A stretch of DNA of 61,961 nucleotides, filler included, from Stramenopiles sp. TOSAG23-3 (lineage: Eukaryota): the NCBI GenBank assembly GCA_900128585.1. It is 6 parts of 6 records of this genome, joined end to end, with 100 filler letters (N's around TTAATTAATTAA, not from the genome) between each part and the next. Parts side by side here need not be neighbours in the genome. Positions count along the whole stretch, not along the records: positions 51,740 to 61,961 come from LT642837.1; 5 more parts are not named here. One strand, given 5' to 3'. The notes under the pieces are model-generated. The model worked only from the letters and a program-made list of their open reading frames with translations, had not been told where the DNA came from and did not search any database. A program made the translations under genes and the position numbers. Below, piece after piece: positions 52,239 through 61,960 of this stretch; position 1 is the first letter of the stretch; each line of letters begins with the position of its first letter.

Positions 52239-54671
52239 ATGTACAGAAGGTGGTTGGTCACGGTGCTTGTTGCGACTGTCGCAATATCGCCATCGTGTAG
52301 TAGCACTGTCGAGAAGACCTGCGCCGATTTGACAAACGCCGTACAGAAAACCTCGAGTAACTTGGCACCGGAAATTCAAGATTGTGCACCGTATATTGTG
52401 ACGAAATGCTGCGGGGAAGAGGGCGGGTGCGCTCCTGGGGATGGTTTTTCCCAATGCTATCGTGACTGCGCAGCCGTTCTTGAGGCGTCTGGCGACAAGC
52501 AACTCATGAAGTGCAGCAAGTCCAGGCGCTCCCTCTTCCTGAGAAGACGTCTTCAAAGAAGACGACTGTTCAACCCTATGCACCATGGTGGGAGCCAGAG
52601 TGTGAGACGGTTTAACCCTATGCAGTCTCGTGGATTTGGTCGACCCAGGTTCCCGCAGCGAACCAGATTCCCGCAGCGAACCAGATACCCGCAATCACCC
52701 AGATACAGATTCCCGCAGCGAACCAGATACCCGCAATCACCCAGATTCCCGCAGCGAACCAGAACCAGATACCCGCAGCCACGCATGCCTAGGCAGCCTC
52801 GTCCCAATAGTATGCCGCCTCCAAAGAACGGCTATGGAAGCTACGTTCCAGGCAAAGGTTATACTCGCCCAGATGATTCAGGTGTTAGCGTCAAGCGAGG
52901 AGACACTACGCCAAGCACGGAGGAGTCTATCCTTGCACTCGCAAAACGAAAAGTAGAAGAGCTGGAAGACTTTGAAGCCTACTTGTGCAAATCCATAGGG
53001 ACCATGCCGAAGAGTCAATTTTGCTGGATGAAGAATGGGGGACAGAGGGAGGTCGGTGGTCGGTGCAAATCGCCAAAAGATTGCCTAATCTATGAGATGC
53101 CGCTGTTTTATCCCACTAACCGGGTTTACAAATTCAACGATCGGACGGGGAAGACACTGAAAACCCTGCAAAATGGCGAATTCCGAGAGTGGGGGCTTGA
53201 TGACGATATGATTGAAAAAATAAAAATGGGTGCATTTTTTGACCAAGCCACCTCCGCAGACGTTTACCTGTTTGTGGCCACCCCGAAACATGCAACGGCC
53301 CATTTCAAGCTTGAAATAATCCATCTCACGACGGATGGTTTTGGTCGTATCACTTCCGCCGTCTTTACCCGCCTGGAAAACAAAGGTTGGCTTGTACAAC
53401 CACGTATATGCAAATGGGCTACTGAGTCTGGCGCAGGCAGTGGCACCCGTCATTGCTCAAACCGTGGTCTTACCGAAGAGGAGATTAATATTGTGAAATC
53501 AACGCTAGAATTCCATGCGTGGAGGTTGATCGTTCAACAGTTGTCCGGTGGTTCTAAAGGTGAGTGTGACCCGGAATTCAATTGCTTTTGTTACATGCAG
53601 AAATACCCAGAAGTCGAAAAGTCTCTAGGCAATAAAGCTTCCTGCCTTAATGGGATGTATCACTACCTAAGTGAAGGTAAGAAGCGGGGGTGGGATGGTA
53701 GCTGTTGCGTCAAGGGGCAAAAGAAGGCCAAACCAAAGCGCAAGGGGGAAGTCTTGTACGGAGAGTGCAAAAATTTCAAGTACAACGGTGGGTCGATAAC
53801 GGCGAAAGGAATGCAATACAAGAAACAGTCGATTTCAATGAGGTATGGGTTTAAAGATAAGGGCAGGGGCGACATTACACCGCACTGCACAGGGATATTT
53901 AAATGCGATGGCGACTTACTATGGTGCCCAGCTAAAGCTTGTCCAATGACCGAGGCGGACAGGGCAAGACAGGGGAAACCATCAGCACGTATGTCATACT
54001 CCGGAGATGGCTCCAAGTATGTAGGTTATGACGATGACGATGATGGATGCGACAGTTCTGAGGGAAAGAAGAAGAAAAAGAAGGGCAAGAAGAAAAAGAA
54101 GGGCAAGAAGAAAAAGAAGAAAAGGAGGTATCTACGCCGTCTGGAATTCGCGGACGAAGCGGGAGAAAACAATGAAGAGGGCAAAACGAACCAACGGCGT
54201 CTCTTTACCAGCCGGAGCAAGTTTGTCAACAAAATCGATGAGAGTGGTGATGAAAATGACGAAGGAGAGGAAAATTCGGAAGAGAAACCCGTAGGATTTT
54301 GGGGTCGAATGTTGGGCAAAAAGAAGAAGAAGAAGGGAGGCAAGAAGAAGAAGGGAGGCAAGAAGAAGGGGAAAAAAAAGAAGAAATCAAAATCAAGTTT
54401 TGCGAACCTTCCACAGGGGAAACCATCAGCACGTTATGGGGTGGGGCGACCTGGTACGGGGTACTCGCGCGGGAAGCCATCATCTCGGGGGTCCCGCTAC
54501 ACTGGTCGGGGGTCCTCTACTGGCAAGTGCAAAAAGAAAAAGAAAAAGAAGGGCGAAGAAAATGGACCATGCACAACTACTTGCCAATGCGGAGACGTCA
54601 CGAAAATCGACAAAAAAATGTTTAAGTCATTAGGAAACATTAACAAAATGAGAAAGATGTACGATTTATAA
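52239..54671 (+). CDS. Secreted Cys-rich protein with RxL motifs, Arg/Pro repeats and poly-Lys tracts
   Basis: Signal peptide; several Cys-rich modules; RRL sites; RFPQRT/RYPQSP repeats; a YMQKYPEV...HYLSEGKKRGW module; three Lys runs. Confidence 0.8.
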   Translation: MYRRWLVTVLVATVAISPSCSSTVEKTCADLTNAVQKTSSNLAPEIQDCAPYIVTKCCGEEGGCAPGDGFSQCYRDCAAVLEASGDKQLMKCSKSRRSLFLRRRLQRRRLFNPMHHGGSQSVRRFNPMQSRGFGRPRFPQRTRFPQRTRYPQSPRYRFPQRTRYPQSPRFPQRTRTRYPQPRMPRQPRPNSMPPPKNGYGSYVPGKGYTRPDDSGVSVKRGDTTPSTEESILALAKRKVEELEDFEAYLCKSIGTMPKSQFCWMKNGGQREVGGRCKSPKDCLIYEMPLFYPTNRVYKFNDRTGKTLKTLQNGEFREWGLDDDMIEKIKMGAFFDQATSADVYLFVATPKHATAHFKLEIIHLTTDGFGRITSAVFTRLENKGWLVQPRICKWATESGAGSGTRHCSNRGLTEEEINIVKSTLEFHAWRLIVQQLSGGSKGECDPEFNCFCYMQKYPEVEKSLGNKASCLNGMYHYLSEGKKRGWDGSCCVKGQKKAKPKRKGEVLYGECKNFKYNGGSITAKGMQYKKQSISMRYGFKDKGRGDITPHCTGIFKCDGDLLWCPAKACPMTEADRARQGKPSARMSYSGDGSKYVGYDDDDDGCDSSEGKKKKKKGKKKKKGKKKKKKRRYLRRLEFADEAGENNEEGKTNQRRLFTSRSKFVNKIDESGDENDEGEENSEEKPVGFWGRMLGKKKKKKGGKKKKGGKKKGKKKKKSKSSFANLPQGKPSARYGVGRPGTGYSRGKPSSRGSRYTGRGSSTGKCKKKKKKKGEENGPCTTTCQCGDVTKIDKKMFKSLGNINKMRKMYDL
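52645..52785 (+). repeat. Coding tandem repeat, 18-nt unit (R[FY]PQ[RS][TP])
   Basis: agattcccgcagcgaacc / agatacccgcaatcaccc, about 7 units. Confidence 0.9.
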
Positions 54672-54939
54672 AAAACATTGTTTGAAAATTTGACGTTACT
54701 GGGAGAAATCGTGATTGATATAAAGAGAGCGTCTTAAACGCACTATCATATTATTTGTTTATTAAATACTCTGGTACTTTCGCTGCTTTAAACAACAAAA
54801 ATAGACGCGCACACGCGCGCTGTGTGTTAGTTTCTTGGTGTCCTTGTCCTTGCTGCGTTTCTTCCTCGTTGTTCAGAGGATCGAGCCAAATACGATATTA
54901 CTAAAATCCCCTCTCGCAGATCCACGATTGCCATCGGAT

Positions 54940-55554
54940 TTAGTCTTGACGGCCTTTCAGCGTCCTAGTCGTGGCCCCATCCTTGGTAATAACAACTACT
55001 TCGCAGCCCCAACCACTCAAACAGTCTCGGTCTACCGCTGATAACAAGCACTGCGCGATGGTTTCGAACAACTCGTCTGGTTTTAAATTTGGTCGGTACA
55101 TTGTTTCACAGGTACCGAAGAGGGAGTCTTCGGCCGTCCCGCAGACTACAAAATCGTCGGTGTACACAGGGGCGCCGATCAAATCGGTACCGCATATGAA
55201 GGGCTTCCCGTCAGCTTCTAAACCAGCGACTAAGGGTTCCACGTACCACGGGCCAAAACGCTTTTCGTAAAGGAACGACGCCAGCATATTGCCGAAGGAC
55301 CTTGGTTTGATTTCCCGCTCCTCGTTAAAACGATATAGGTTCATTTTAAAGTCAATTTCTTTCGAAACCCTCTGGACGTCTGTTGCAAGGCCGGACAGAC
55401 CCATGTAGAGCCTATCGTGCACTTTGAAAATCTTCTTCATGTCATTCCCAACAGTAGTCTGTTGGACCCCAAGGCGTCGGTCAGACGCGATAGCCACGCA
55501 GCCGTCGCCAATCATCGCCACGACGGCGGACCCGTTGTATTCCATAATCGACAT
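54940..55554 (-). CDS. PSMB3: 20S proteasome subunit beta type-3
   Basis: MSIMEYNGSAVVAM.G..CVAIASDRRLG, GLSGLATDV, LYEKRFGPW, AVDRDCLSGWG, LKGRQD; 204 aa. Confidence 0.97.
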   Translation of the reverse strand: MSIMEYNGSAVVAMIGDGCVAIASDRRLGVQQTTVGNDMKKIFKVHDRLYMGLSGLATDVQRVSKEIDFKMNLYRFNEEREIKPRSFGNMLASFLYEKRFGPWYVEPLVAGLEADGKPFICGTDLIGAPVYTDDFVVCGTAEDSLFGTCETMYRPNLKPDELFETIAQCLLSAVDRDCLSGWGCEVVVITKDGATTRTLKGRQD

Positions 55555-56616
55555 AGTTCTGTTTCGGAAAAAACTGTTTGCTGTGAAGAAATTATCGAAC
55601 AAAACTAAATAGAGCAAATCAAACGAAAACAATTTGAACCGCAGAAAGTTTCCAATTGCTATCAATCATTACTATCCTTTCTTTTTGTATCTCAAAAACG
55701 AAGAGCAACTGCAGTTTAAATACTTTAGCACAGTATACAACATTCAAAATGAATTATTCTACTACTTGTTGGCGCTGGTGGTGGTATCTTCTTCCTCTTC
55801 TCCCTGCTCTTCCCCCCTTCCTTCCTTCCTTCTTTTTTTTTTTAATAAAATTATTTTTTTATTATAATATTTTTTTAATAATTATTTTATTATTTTTTTT
55901 AATTATTATTATTTTATTTGTTGTTGTTGTTTCTTTGCTTTGTTGTATAATTGTATTTATATATTAAATATTGTTGTAAAGTATATATTCAAATTGTCAA
56001 TCACCTTTTTTTAGAAGAAGAAGATGAATAATTATGAAAAATCGTTCTTCATCATAAAAATAAAATAAGAACCAATATAATTGCATCAATAATTACGCCT
56101 CATTAATAATTAAGTAATATAGATATTTAGAGATATTTATTAAACCATTTTATCATCAAAAGTAAAATGATAAAAATATATTCCTTCCTTAATTATTTGA
56201 AGGAAGGCCATATTTTGGAAGAAATGAATGAAGGTTTCTACGCTATTTGATGTTAAATATTAGGATTTTTAATCAATTAAATAACATTTTTAATGGTGTG
56301 ATCCCATAAAATATTGTTGTAATAAATAATATTCAATACTATGTGTATCTATATATATATATTGGTACCAACAACATTCCCTTTTTGAAAAAGAATTCAA
56401 AAAAAAAAAGAAAATTACGAAAAACATAGAAAGTAGAATATATAGTTTTCATAGGAATTTAAATTTAAAAATAAAGGTTTGATGGTATGAATGTTTTCAA
56501 ATGATTGGGAAGAACTATAGTAAATAAAACTACAATTACGAATTGAAAGAAAAGGATGTCGTAGTAAACGATCGAAGAAGAGCTTTGTTGTAAATTAACA
56601 TTGTTTATTTTTTATT

Positions 56617-58431
56617 TCAATCTTTCTTTTCCCAAAATTTGCAAACGTCGGAGGAAGTTGTTGTTTTCAAAAGTGTCGCATTCAATAGAAGGGTACTTCG
56701 AGTGCTGTTCAAGAAGACAGGCCATTGGATAGGAACCCCATTCGAACCATTATTGGGGTTTCCAGTTTGAAAAAAATTGGTCCAGTATGAGACAATATTT
56801 TCAGAAAATTGCGCCTCTTTGGCAGTGAATTTAAAGTCGGTCGCATTGCTGGGGTAGCCAGTGTTGTGGAAGACAAACGGAAGCTCCGCCCCGTGGCAAA
56901 CTTTTCCCACACAAAACGGCAGGCCATACTTTGGCCAAAGCGATTTCGCAAAGCTAGCTTCGTGGTCGTACTGGTAAACAAAGGTTCTGGAAGAAATACC
57001 GCTGACTGCCACTTTGTGGGAGGCACAGCGGAACCAGTAGTCTGTGAGGATACGGCCAAAAGAGACCCTCGCGTCGGCGCCTTTTGCAACAGGATAACGG
57101 GCCCGCACCTCTTTCGCGAACGAATGCCCGAACAGCACGTCCAAAATCAAGTCCAGTTCCCAGGAGTGCAGCTTCTTTTTGATTCCATCCAATATAAAAG
57201 TCGCGCCCTCGTTCGTGTTCGTGCCAATGAGGGTTGGGACGTCACTTACAACTTTACTTCCAGCACTCATTGGATTGACGGGAAGGTCTGGGGTGCCCAC
57301 GGTTGGCGTCCAGGGTAGGAACGCGTCCAACACGCCGCCGCCATCAAGGATCGACTTGACGACTTCGAGCGCTGCATCTGCTTTGGAAGTGGCGGCAAGA
57401 ATTTCCGTTGCATTTTTACTCTGCATGCAGCTCAGCTTGTCCTCGACGGACGAACCACTGCTGTCACAACCTAGAATCTTTGCAAAGCCGTTCCCAAAAG
57501 CGCTTGCTTGTTTCACATTTCTGTAAACAAACCCAACAGGGTTGGACTCTTGCAAGGACTGGTGGAAAAGGTGCCTCGACAGTGGGGAATACATGTGGGC
57601 CAGGGAGCTCATGGCACCCGCGCTTTCTCCCCATATTGTTACTCTATCTCTGTCACCCCCGAACGCATTTGCATTATCTTGAACCCATTGCAGCACCAAA
57701 CGCTGGTCCTTCAGGCCCATGTTTCCTTCAATCCCATCCGTAACGACCCAACCGAGTGCGCCAAGCCTGTAATTTGCAGTGACAACAACTACGTCTCCGT
57801 GGGCGGCAACAAAGCTGCTCTCGTACAGCCCAAATGGCCCTTTGCTGCATCCTTCCTTGAAACCTCCACCATGAAAGAACACGGCAACTGGCTTCGCGGG
57901 AGCATTTGAAACTGAGCTCGAGTCGGGAGAAAATACGTTCAGTTGCAAACAGTCCTCGCTTTGGTACGTTGGAACGTCCGCATTGTGGCCGTCCTGCAAG
58001 CACCCGGGGCCAAATGAGATAGCATTGTACGGCGTTGTCCAAGGAGTATGGGGTTTGGGTGGCATAAATCGGTTTTCCCCCGTAGGACTTTCAGCGTACG
58101 GAATACCCTTGAAAGAGGCCACCACCGCACCGTCCTTCACAGTTTCAAACGTGCCCAAGACAACACCTGTTGTCGTCGTAACGCTAGGCTGGGAAAGGGT
58201 TTGGTTGAGGTTTCCACAGTTAAACATCCCGGGAGGCAACCTAGAGGCTGCCTCGTCCGTGTAACACCCGTGGGTATGCGCCCAACCACCAGTACAAAAC
58301 GTGCACCCTTTTGCATCATTGCAAGCTTTTTCGTCACTGGCAAACCCGGAGCACTTGGCTTCCCCATTTGCAGCCGAAAAAATGCAAGCGAGCAGTGTCA
58401 CTAAAGAGAGCAGTCTCATTGGCAGCGGCAT
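56617..58431 (-). CDS. Secreted type-B carboxylesterase / cholinesterase-family enzyme
   Basis: FKGIPYA, SEDCLQLNV, HGGGF, NYRLGALG, nucleophile GESAG, GTNTNEG (Glu), CHGAEL (His); signal peptide; start at ATG 58431 or 58419. Confidence 0.95.
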   Translation of the reverse strand: MPLPMRLLSLVTLLACIFSAANGEAKCSGFASDEKACNDAKGCTFCTGGWAHTHGCYTDEAASRLPPGMFNCGNLNQTLSQPSVTTTTGVVLGTFETVKDGAVVASFKGIPYAESPTGENRFMPPKPHTPWTTPYNAISFGPGCLQDGHNADVPTYQSEDCLQLNVFSPDSSSVSNAPAKPVAVFFHGGGFKEGCSKGPFGLYESSFVAAHGDVVVVTANYRLGALGWVVTDGIEGNMGLKDQRLVLQWVQDNANAFGGDRDRVTIWGESAGAMSSLAHMYSPLSRHLFHQSLQESNPVGFVYRNVKQASAFGNGFAKILGCDSSGSSVEDKLSCMQSKNATEILAATSKADAALEVVKSILDGGGVLDAFLPWTPTVGTPDLPVNPMSAGSKVVSDVPTLIGTNTNEGATFILDGIKKKLHSWELDLILDVLFGHSFAKEVRARYPVAKGADARVSFGRILTDYWFRCASHKVAVSGISSRTFVYQYDHEASFAKSLWPKYGLPFCVGKVCHGAELPFVFHNTGYPSNATDFKFTAKEAQFSENIVSYWTNFFQTGNPNNGSNGVPIQWPVFLNSTRSTLLLNATLLKTTTSSDVCKFWEKKD

Positions 58432-58445
58432 TAAAGATAGAAAAG

Positions 58446-58553
58446 CTATTTGAAGAAGCAAAGAGAAGTAAAAAAAGCAACGCACAAGAAAAAGTCTGTA
58501 TAGCTAATTTGTGGAATTTCGTTGTTGAACTAATTCTATATTCCCTTTCATAC
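58446..58553 (-). other. Candidate 5'-UTR spliceosomal intron (108 nt)
   Basis: Minus strand reads AA|GTATGA ... long pyrimidine tract ... CAAATAG|C, 14 nt before the ATG. Confidence 0.5.
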
Positions 58554-58597
58554 TTCTAGTCTCAAATCGTCCTACATTATTTTTGTTTATTTGCATT

Positions 58598-58645
58598 CTT
58601 CTCTTCTTTTTCTTCTTCTTCTTCTTCTTCTTCTTCTTCTTCTTC
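58598..58645. repeat. (TTC)n microsatellite
   Basis: Run of ttc units upstream of the carboxylesterase gene. Confidence 0.9.
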
Positions 58646-59086
58646 AATTGTTGTTGTTAGACTAATTATATATTGTTTTTTATTACTGTAATAACGAACA
58701 CTCTGCTGTTGTTGTTTCTTGTTTTGTCTTCTTCATATTATTTGTTCCTTTTTTTAAATTTATTTGTCTGTTTATAATATTTTTATTAGTCTCTATATAT
58801 TTAGTCCTCGTTTTCATACTAGTTAGTAGTACAAGTATTAAATATTTTTTTGGGTGGTGACGAGGAGACAGCTGTTTGATTTATGTATCATACTCGTATT
58901 GACCTATTATTAGGCGTATTTATTAATTGCTGTTGTTGAAGAAGGAGAAGAAGAAAAAGGGGCGGCGGAGGATGAATTTTACTAAATTTTACCGTAAATT
59001 AGAGTTTTATCTGTTTAATTCTCTGTACATCAGATAGTTGAGCTGATTATTTATCTTCTTAAATATACAAAATTATCGAACCACGC

Positions 59087-61960
59087 TCAAATCTTCATCG
59101 AACTCAGTGCACTGCTAAAGCGCCTGGTGGTACCAAGCGTTTCTTTCGGGACAAATTCCGAACATGCAGACAATATGCATGCTTGGCCATAGACGGCGTG
59201 GTCCTTGACGTGCATACCGCACTCTTCCAAGGATTTGTGAAACAGTCGGTTTCTATTATCTCTGGACTTGTTTCCGTCGTCTACAATCAGACTGATGATA
59301 AAATGACCTCCGTGTTGCCACGGTCCATACTCTACAAAATCTACGTAGTCCAGAACTTTCCCGTAACTTGACACCATATTCACGTCGGCGTGCTCGATGT
59401 GTGCTTCCTCCCCCTGTTGGGCATCCGCAAGAGCCTTTGCAATATTTATTAGACCCCTCGTTAAGATGCACGGACCTAAGGGCTCTACAGTGGACAAAAA
59501 TTCCGCAGCCTCCTCGTACGCCGTTCTCCCCTCCACGGTTTCAATCACACCCCAATCAAACGTTAAATTTCCTTCTGCGTCTATATTTTCCATTGTATGC
59601 TCAATCGCTGCTTTCATTTCCCTAGGGTGCATTCTGGCCAAATTGATAGCATCAAACACCTCGCGCTCCTTCTTCGTCAGCCCCTTCAATATTTTGCCCG
59701 AACGAACTTCCCTCGCTTTGGCCATTACCACGGACGCCATCCCCGAAGATTTTCCCCCGGCAGCAGATTTGGCTTTGTCTTTTACCATCATTTCCAAAAA
59801 TTCCTCCATATCAATTTCCCCACTATTATCGTCGTCAACTTCGTCTATCATATCCTGTACTTCTTGTTTTGAGGGGTTCATACCAAGGGATTTCATCACC
59901 GTCTCCAACTCTTCGACGTCAATGCTCCCACTGCCATCTTTATCAAAGGCCACAAAAGCTTCCTGGAACTTTTCTTTCTCTTCGTCGGAAAGCTGTAATA
60001 GGACCATGTTAGCGCGAGTCGAGTGAATGTCCTTTATTTTAGTCCCACCAAGAGGGGTTGGGCGATTGTGTTGATCGCATCCGTAAACTGGATCGCCGAG
60101 CTCTGCCGGCAAGAGTTTTTCTTTTGTTTCGTACTCCGGCGGGGTTGCAAGGCCGGAAGGCAAGTAATCTTCTTCTTCTATCTGAGGGAGCACCATCCTA
60201 CCGGCAACGTGATCTAAATGGAAAAGCGAGAGCCCGTTTTCTTCCATCTCCGACTTTCGTTCTTCTTTCCCAGTCGCAGTGTTCTGCGCCGCAGGTGCCT
60301 CTGAGACCAGATCCTCCACGTGCAACGTTTGCGCTCCGCCAGAGTGTTGCGTCACTGCAGTCGTACCGACACCCAGCAGGGGTGCTGGCGAGATCGGTCG
60401 CGCCTCGAAGATGATTTGGTCCAAAACACGGTCCTCTAGCCAGCACAGTGCACTTTCGACGCCAGCGCGATCAGCGCTATTGAGGCGCTGTTGCGCCTCT
60501 AACAATGCTTTCCGACAGGCATCGTTTTCAGTCTTGAATTGCTCAATAGTAGCTTCTTGGGCCCTGTTGAGCGCGGCCAAGGCTTCCTTTTCCGACTCTT
60601 GCACTGCGGACTTGCTTCTTTCCCGTTCAATGAGTTCCGCGCGCGTTGCACCCTCCGTCTCCATATGCGACACAATCTCAAGAGATTGCTGCATATCTCG
60701 TTTAAGGTGTTCAATTTCTAAATTTTTTAGCTCAACTTGGGACTGCAACTCCGCGGCACGGGCAGCGGCTTGGCGCTCCGCTGTGCTCGAAGACTCACGG
60801 CTCTCACCATTCTGCGCAATCGTCCGCTTTTGTGCCTCAATTTCCGTCTTCAGCCTATTCAGTGCGTTTTCCTGCGCAGCATTTAATTTTGACAGTGCTG
60901 CCACTTGGGAGAGTTGCGCAGCATAATTTTCCTGTTCCTGGGCCAATAATTGTTCGTGAATGGCGCGTTCTGCTTTTAATTGTTTCGCACTGCTCTGCAA
61001 TTGCATATTTTCCTGTTTTAACCGTCCTATCTCCTGATCTTTCTGAACTAATTGGGCGCTGAGCAAGGACGACGAGGGGCCGCTGTTGGCCACCGCCATG
61101 CTGTTCCGCAGCTGAAGGGTTTCTTGCCGCAGCCTCTCTAATTCCTGGTCTTTTTGCCCCAATTGGGCCAGGAGTAAGGACGACGAAGGGCCACTGTTGG
61201 CAATCTTCATGCTGTTCCGCAGCTGAAGCGTTTCTTGCCGCAGCCTCTCTAACTCCTGGTCTTTCTGATCCAATTGGGCGCGGAGCAAGGACGACGAGGG
61301 GCCACTGCTGGCAGTTGCCATGCTGTTCTGCAGCTGAAGGTTTTCTTGCCGCAGCCTCTCCAACTCCTTGTCTTTTTGGTCCAATTGGATGCGGAGCATG
61401 GGAGGCGAAGGGCTACTGTTAGCTGCCACTGGGCTAGACGTTCGACTGAAGCTTGCCTTTAACGACTCAACCGCATGCTCGTGCTCTTGCGCCACCGCCG
61501 TCATGTGGTTTGCAAACTGTTCTGTCAGGCGTTGCATGGCATTCTGGTTGGTTTGAATGGAGGTTGACATAGCGTCGAGTTTCTCCTGCTCGGCCTGGTT
61601 CACCGTGTCCAAAGCAGAGGTAAGAGAGTACTTCAAATCGTCAATCTTCGTTTCATACTCTGGCACGAGCTCTTGCCGCAACTCGTTGCGGGAAACGACT
61701 TTTGCCCGCAACATAGCTTCTTCATGCTCCAACCGGAGCGTTTCCAGCTTGCTTTCCAGCAACGCTTCCATCCGCTTCTTTTCCATCGCGATGGTTGAAT
61801 CGAGCTGGGATCTCACACGAATGAGCTGCTCGTGGTGCCGTTCGCACATCTCTTCAACATTCTGACGGTGGGTTTCCTGCGTCGTGACACGCTCTTTCTG
61901 TTGCAATTCGCTTAGTTCACGCAGGCGTACGTTCAAAGAACTGATTTCTTCCAGAAGCTT
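59087..61960 (-). CDS. Coiled-coil protein with calmodulin-like EF-hand pair and C-terminal CAP/SCP-like domain, 5'-partial
   Basis: Frame is open to the window end; DKDGSGSIDVEEL and DDDNSGEIDMEEF; EVFDAINLARMHP...EGRTAYEEAAEFL...LIVDDG.KSR matches protist CAP-type domains. Confidence 0.85.
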   Translation of the reverse strand, partial: KLLEEISSLNVRLRELSELQQKERVTTQETHRQNVEEMCERHHEQLIRVRSQLDSTIAMEKKRMEALLESKLETLRLEHEEAMLRAKVVSRNELRQELVPEYETKIDDLKYSLTSALDTVNQAEQEKLDAMSTSIQTNQNAMQRLTEQFANHMTAVAQEHEHAVESLKASFSRTSSPVAANSSPSPPMLRIQLDQKDKELERLRQENLQLQNSMATASSGPSSSLLRAQLDQKDQELERLRQETLQLRNSMKIANSGPSSSLLLAQLGQKDQELERLRQETLQLRNSMAVANSGPSSSLLSAQLVQKDQEIGRLKQENMQLQSSAKQLKAERAIHEQLLAQEQENYAAQLSQVAALSKLNAAQENALNRLKTEIEAQKRTIAQNGESRESSSTAERQAAARAAELQSQVELKNLEIEHLKRDMQQSLEIVSHMETEGATRAELIERERSKSAVQESEKEALAALNRAQEATIEQFKTENDACRKALLEAQQRLNSADRAGVESALCWLEDRVLDQIIFEARPISPAPLLGVGTTAVTQHSGGAQTLHVEDLVSEAPAAQNTATGKEERKSEMEENGLSLFHLDHVAGRMVLPQIEEEDYLPSGLATPPEYETKEKLLPAELGDPVYGCDQHNRPTPLGGTKIKDIHSTRANMVLLQLSDEEKEKFQEAFVAFDKDGSGSIDVEELETVMKSLGMNPSKQEVQDMIDEVDDDNSGEIDMEEFLEMMVKDKAKSAAGGKSSGMASVVMAKAREVRSGKILKGLTKKEREVFDAINLARMHPREMKAAIEHTMENIDAEGNLTFDWGVIETVEGRTAYEEAAEFLSTVEPLGPCILTRGLINIAKALADAQQGEEAHIEHADVNMVSSYGKVLDYVDFVEYGPWQHGGHFIISLIVDDGNKSRDNRNRLFHKSLEECGMHVKDHAVYGQACILSACSEFVPKETLGTTRRFSSALSSMKI
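61000..61410 (-). repeat. Coding tandem repeat, 111-nt (37-aa) unit, about 4 copies
   Basis: attgg anchor at 61051, 61162, 61273 and 61384; unit LLRAQLDQKDQELERLRQETLQLRNSMxxANSGPSSS. Confidence 0.92.
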
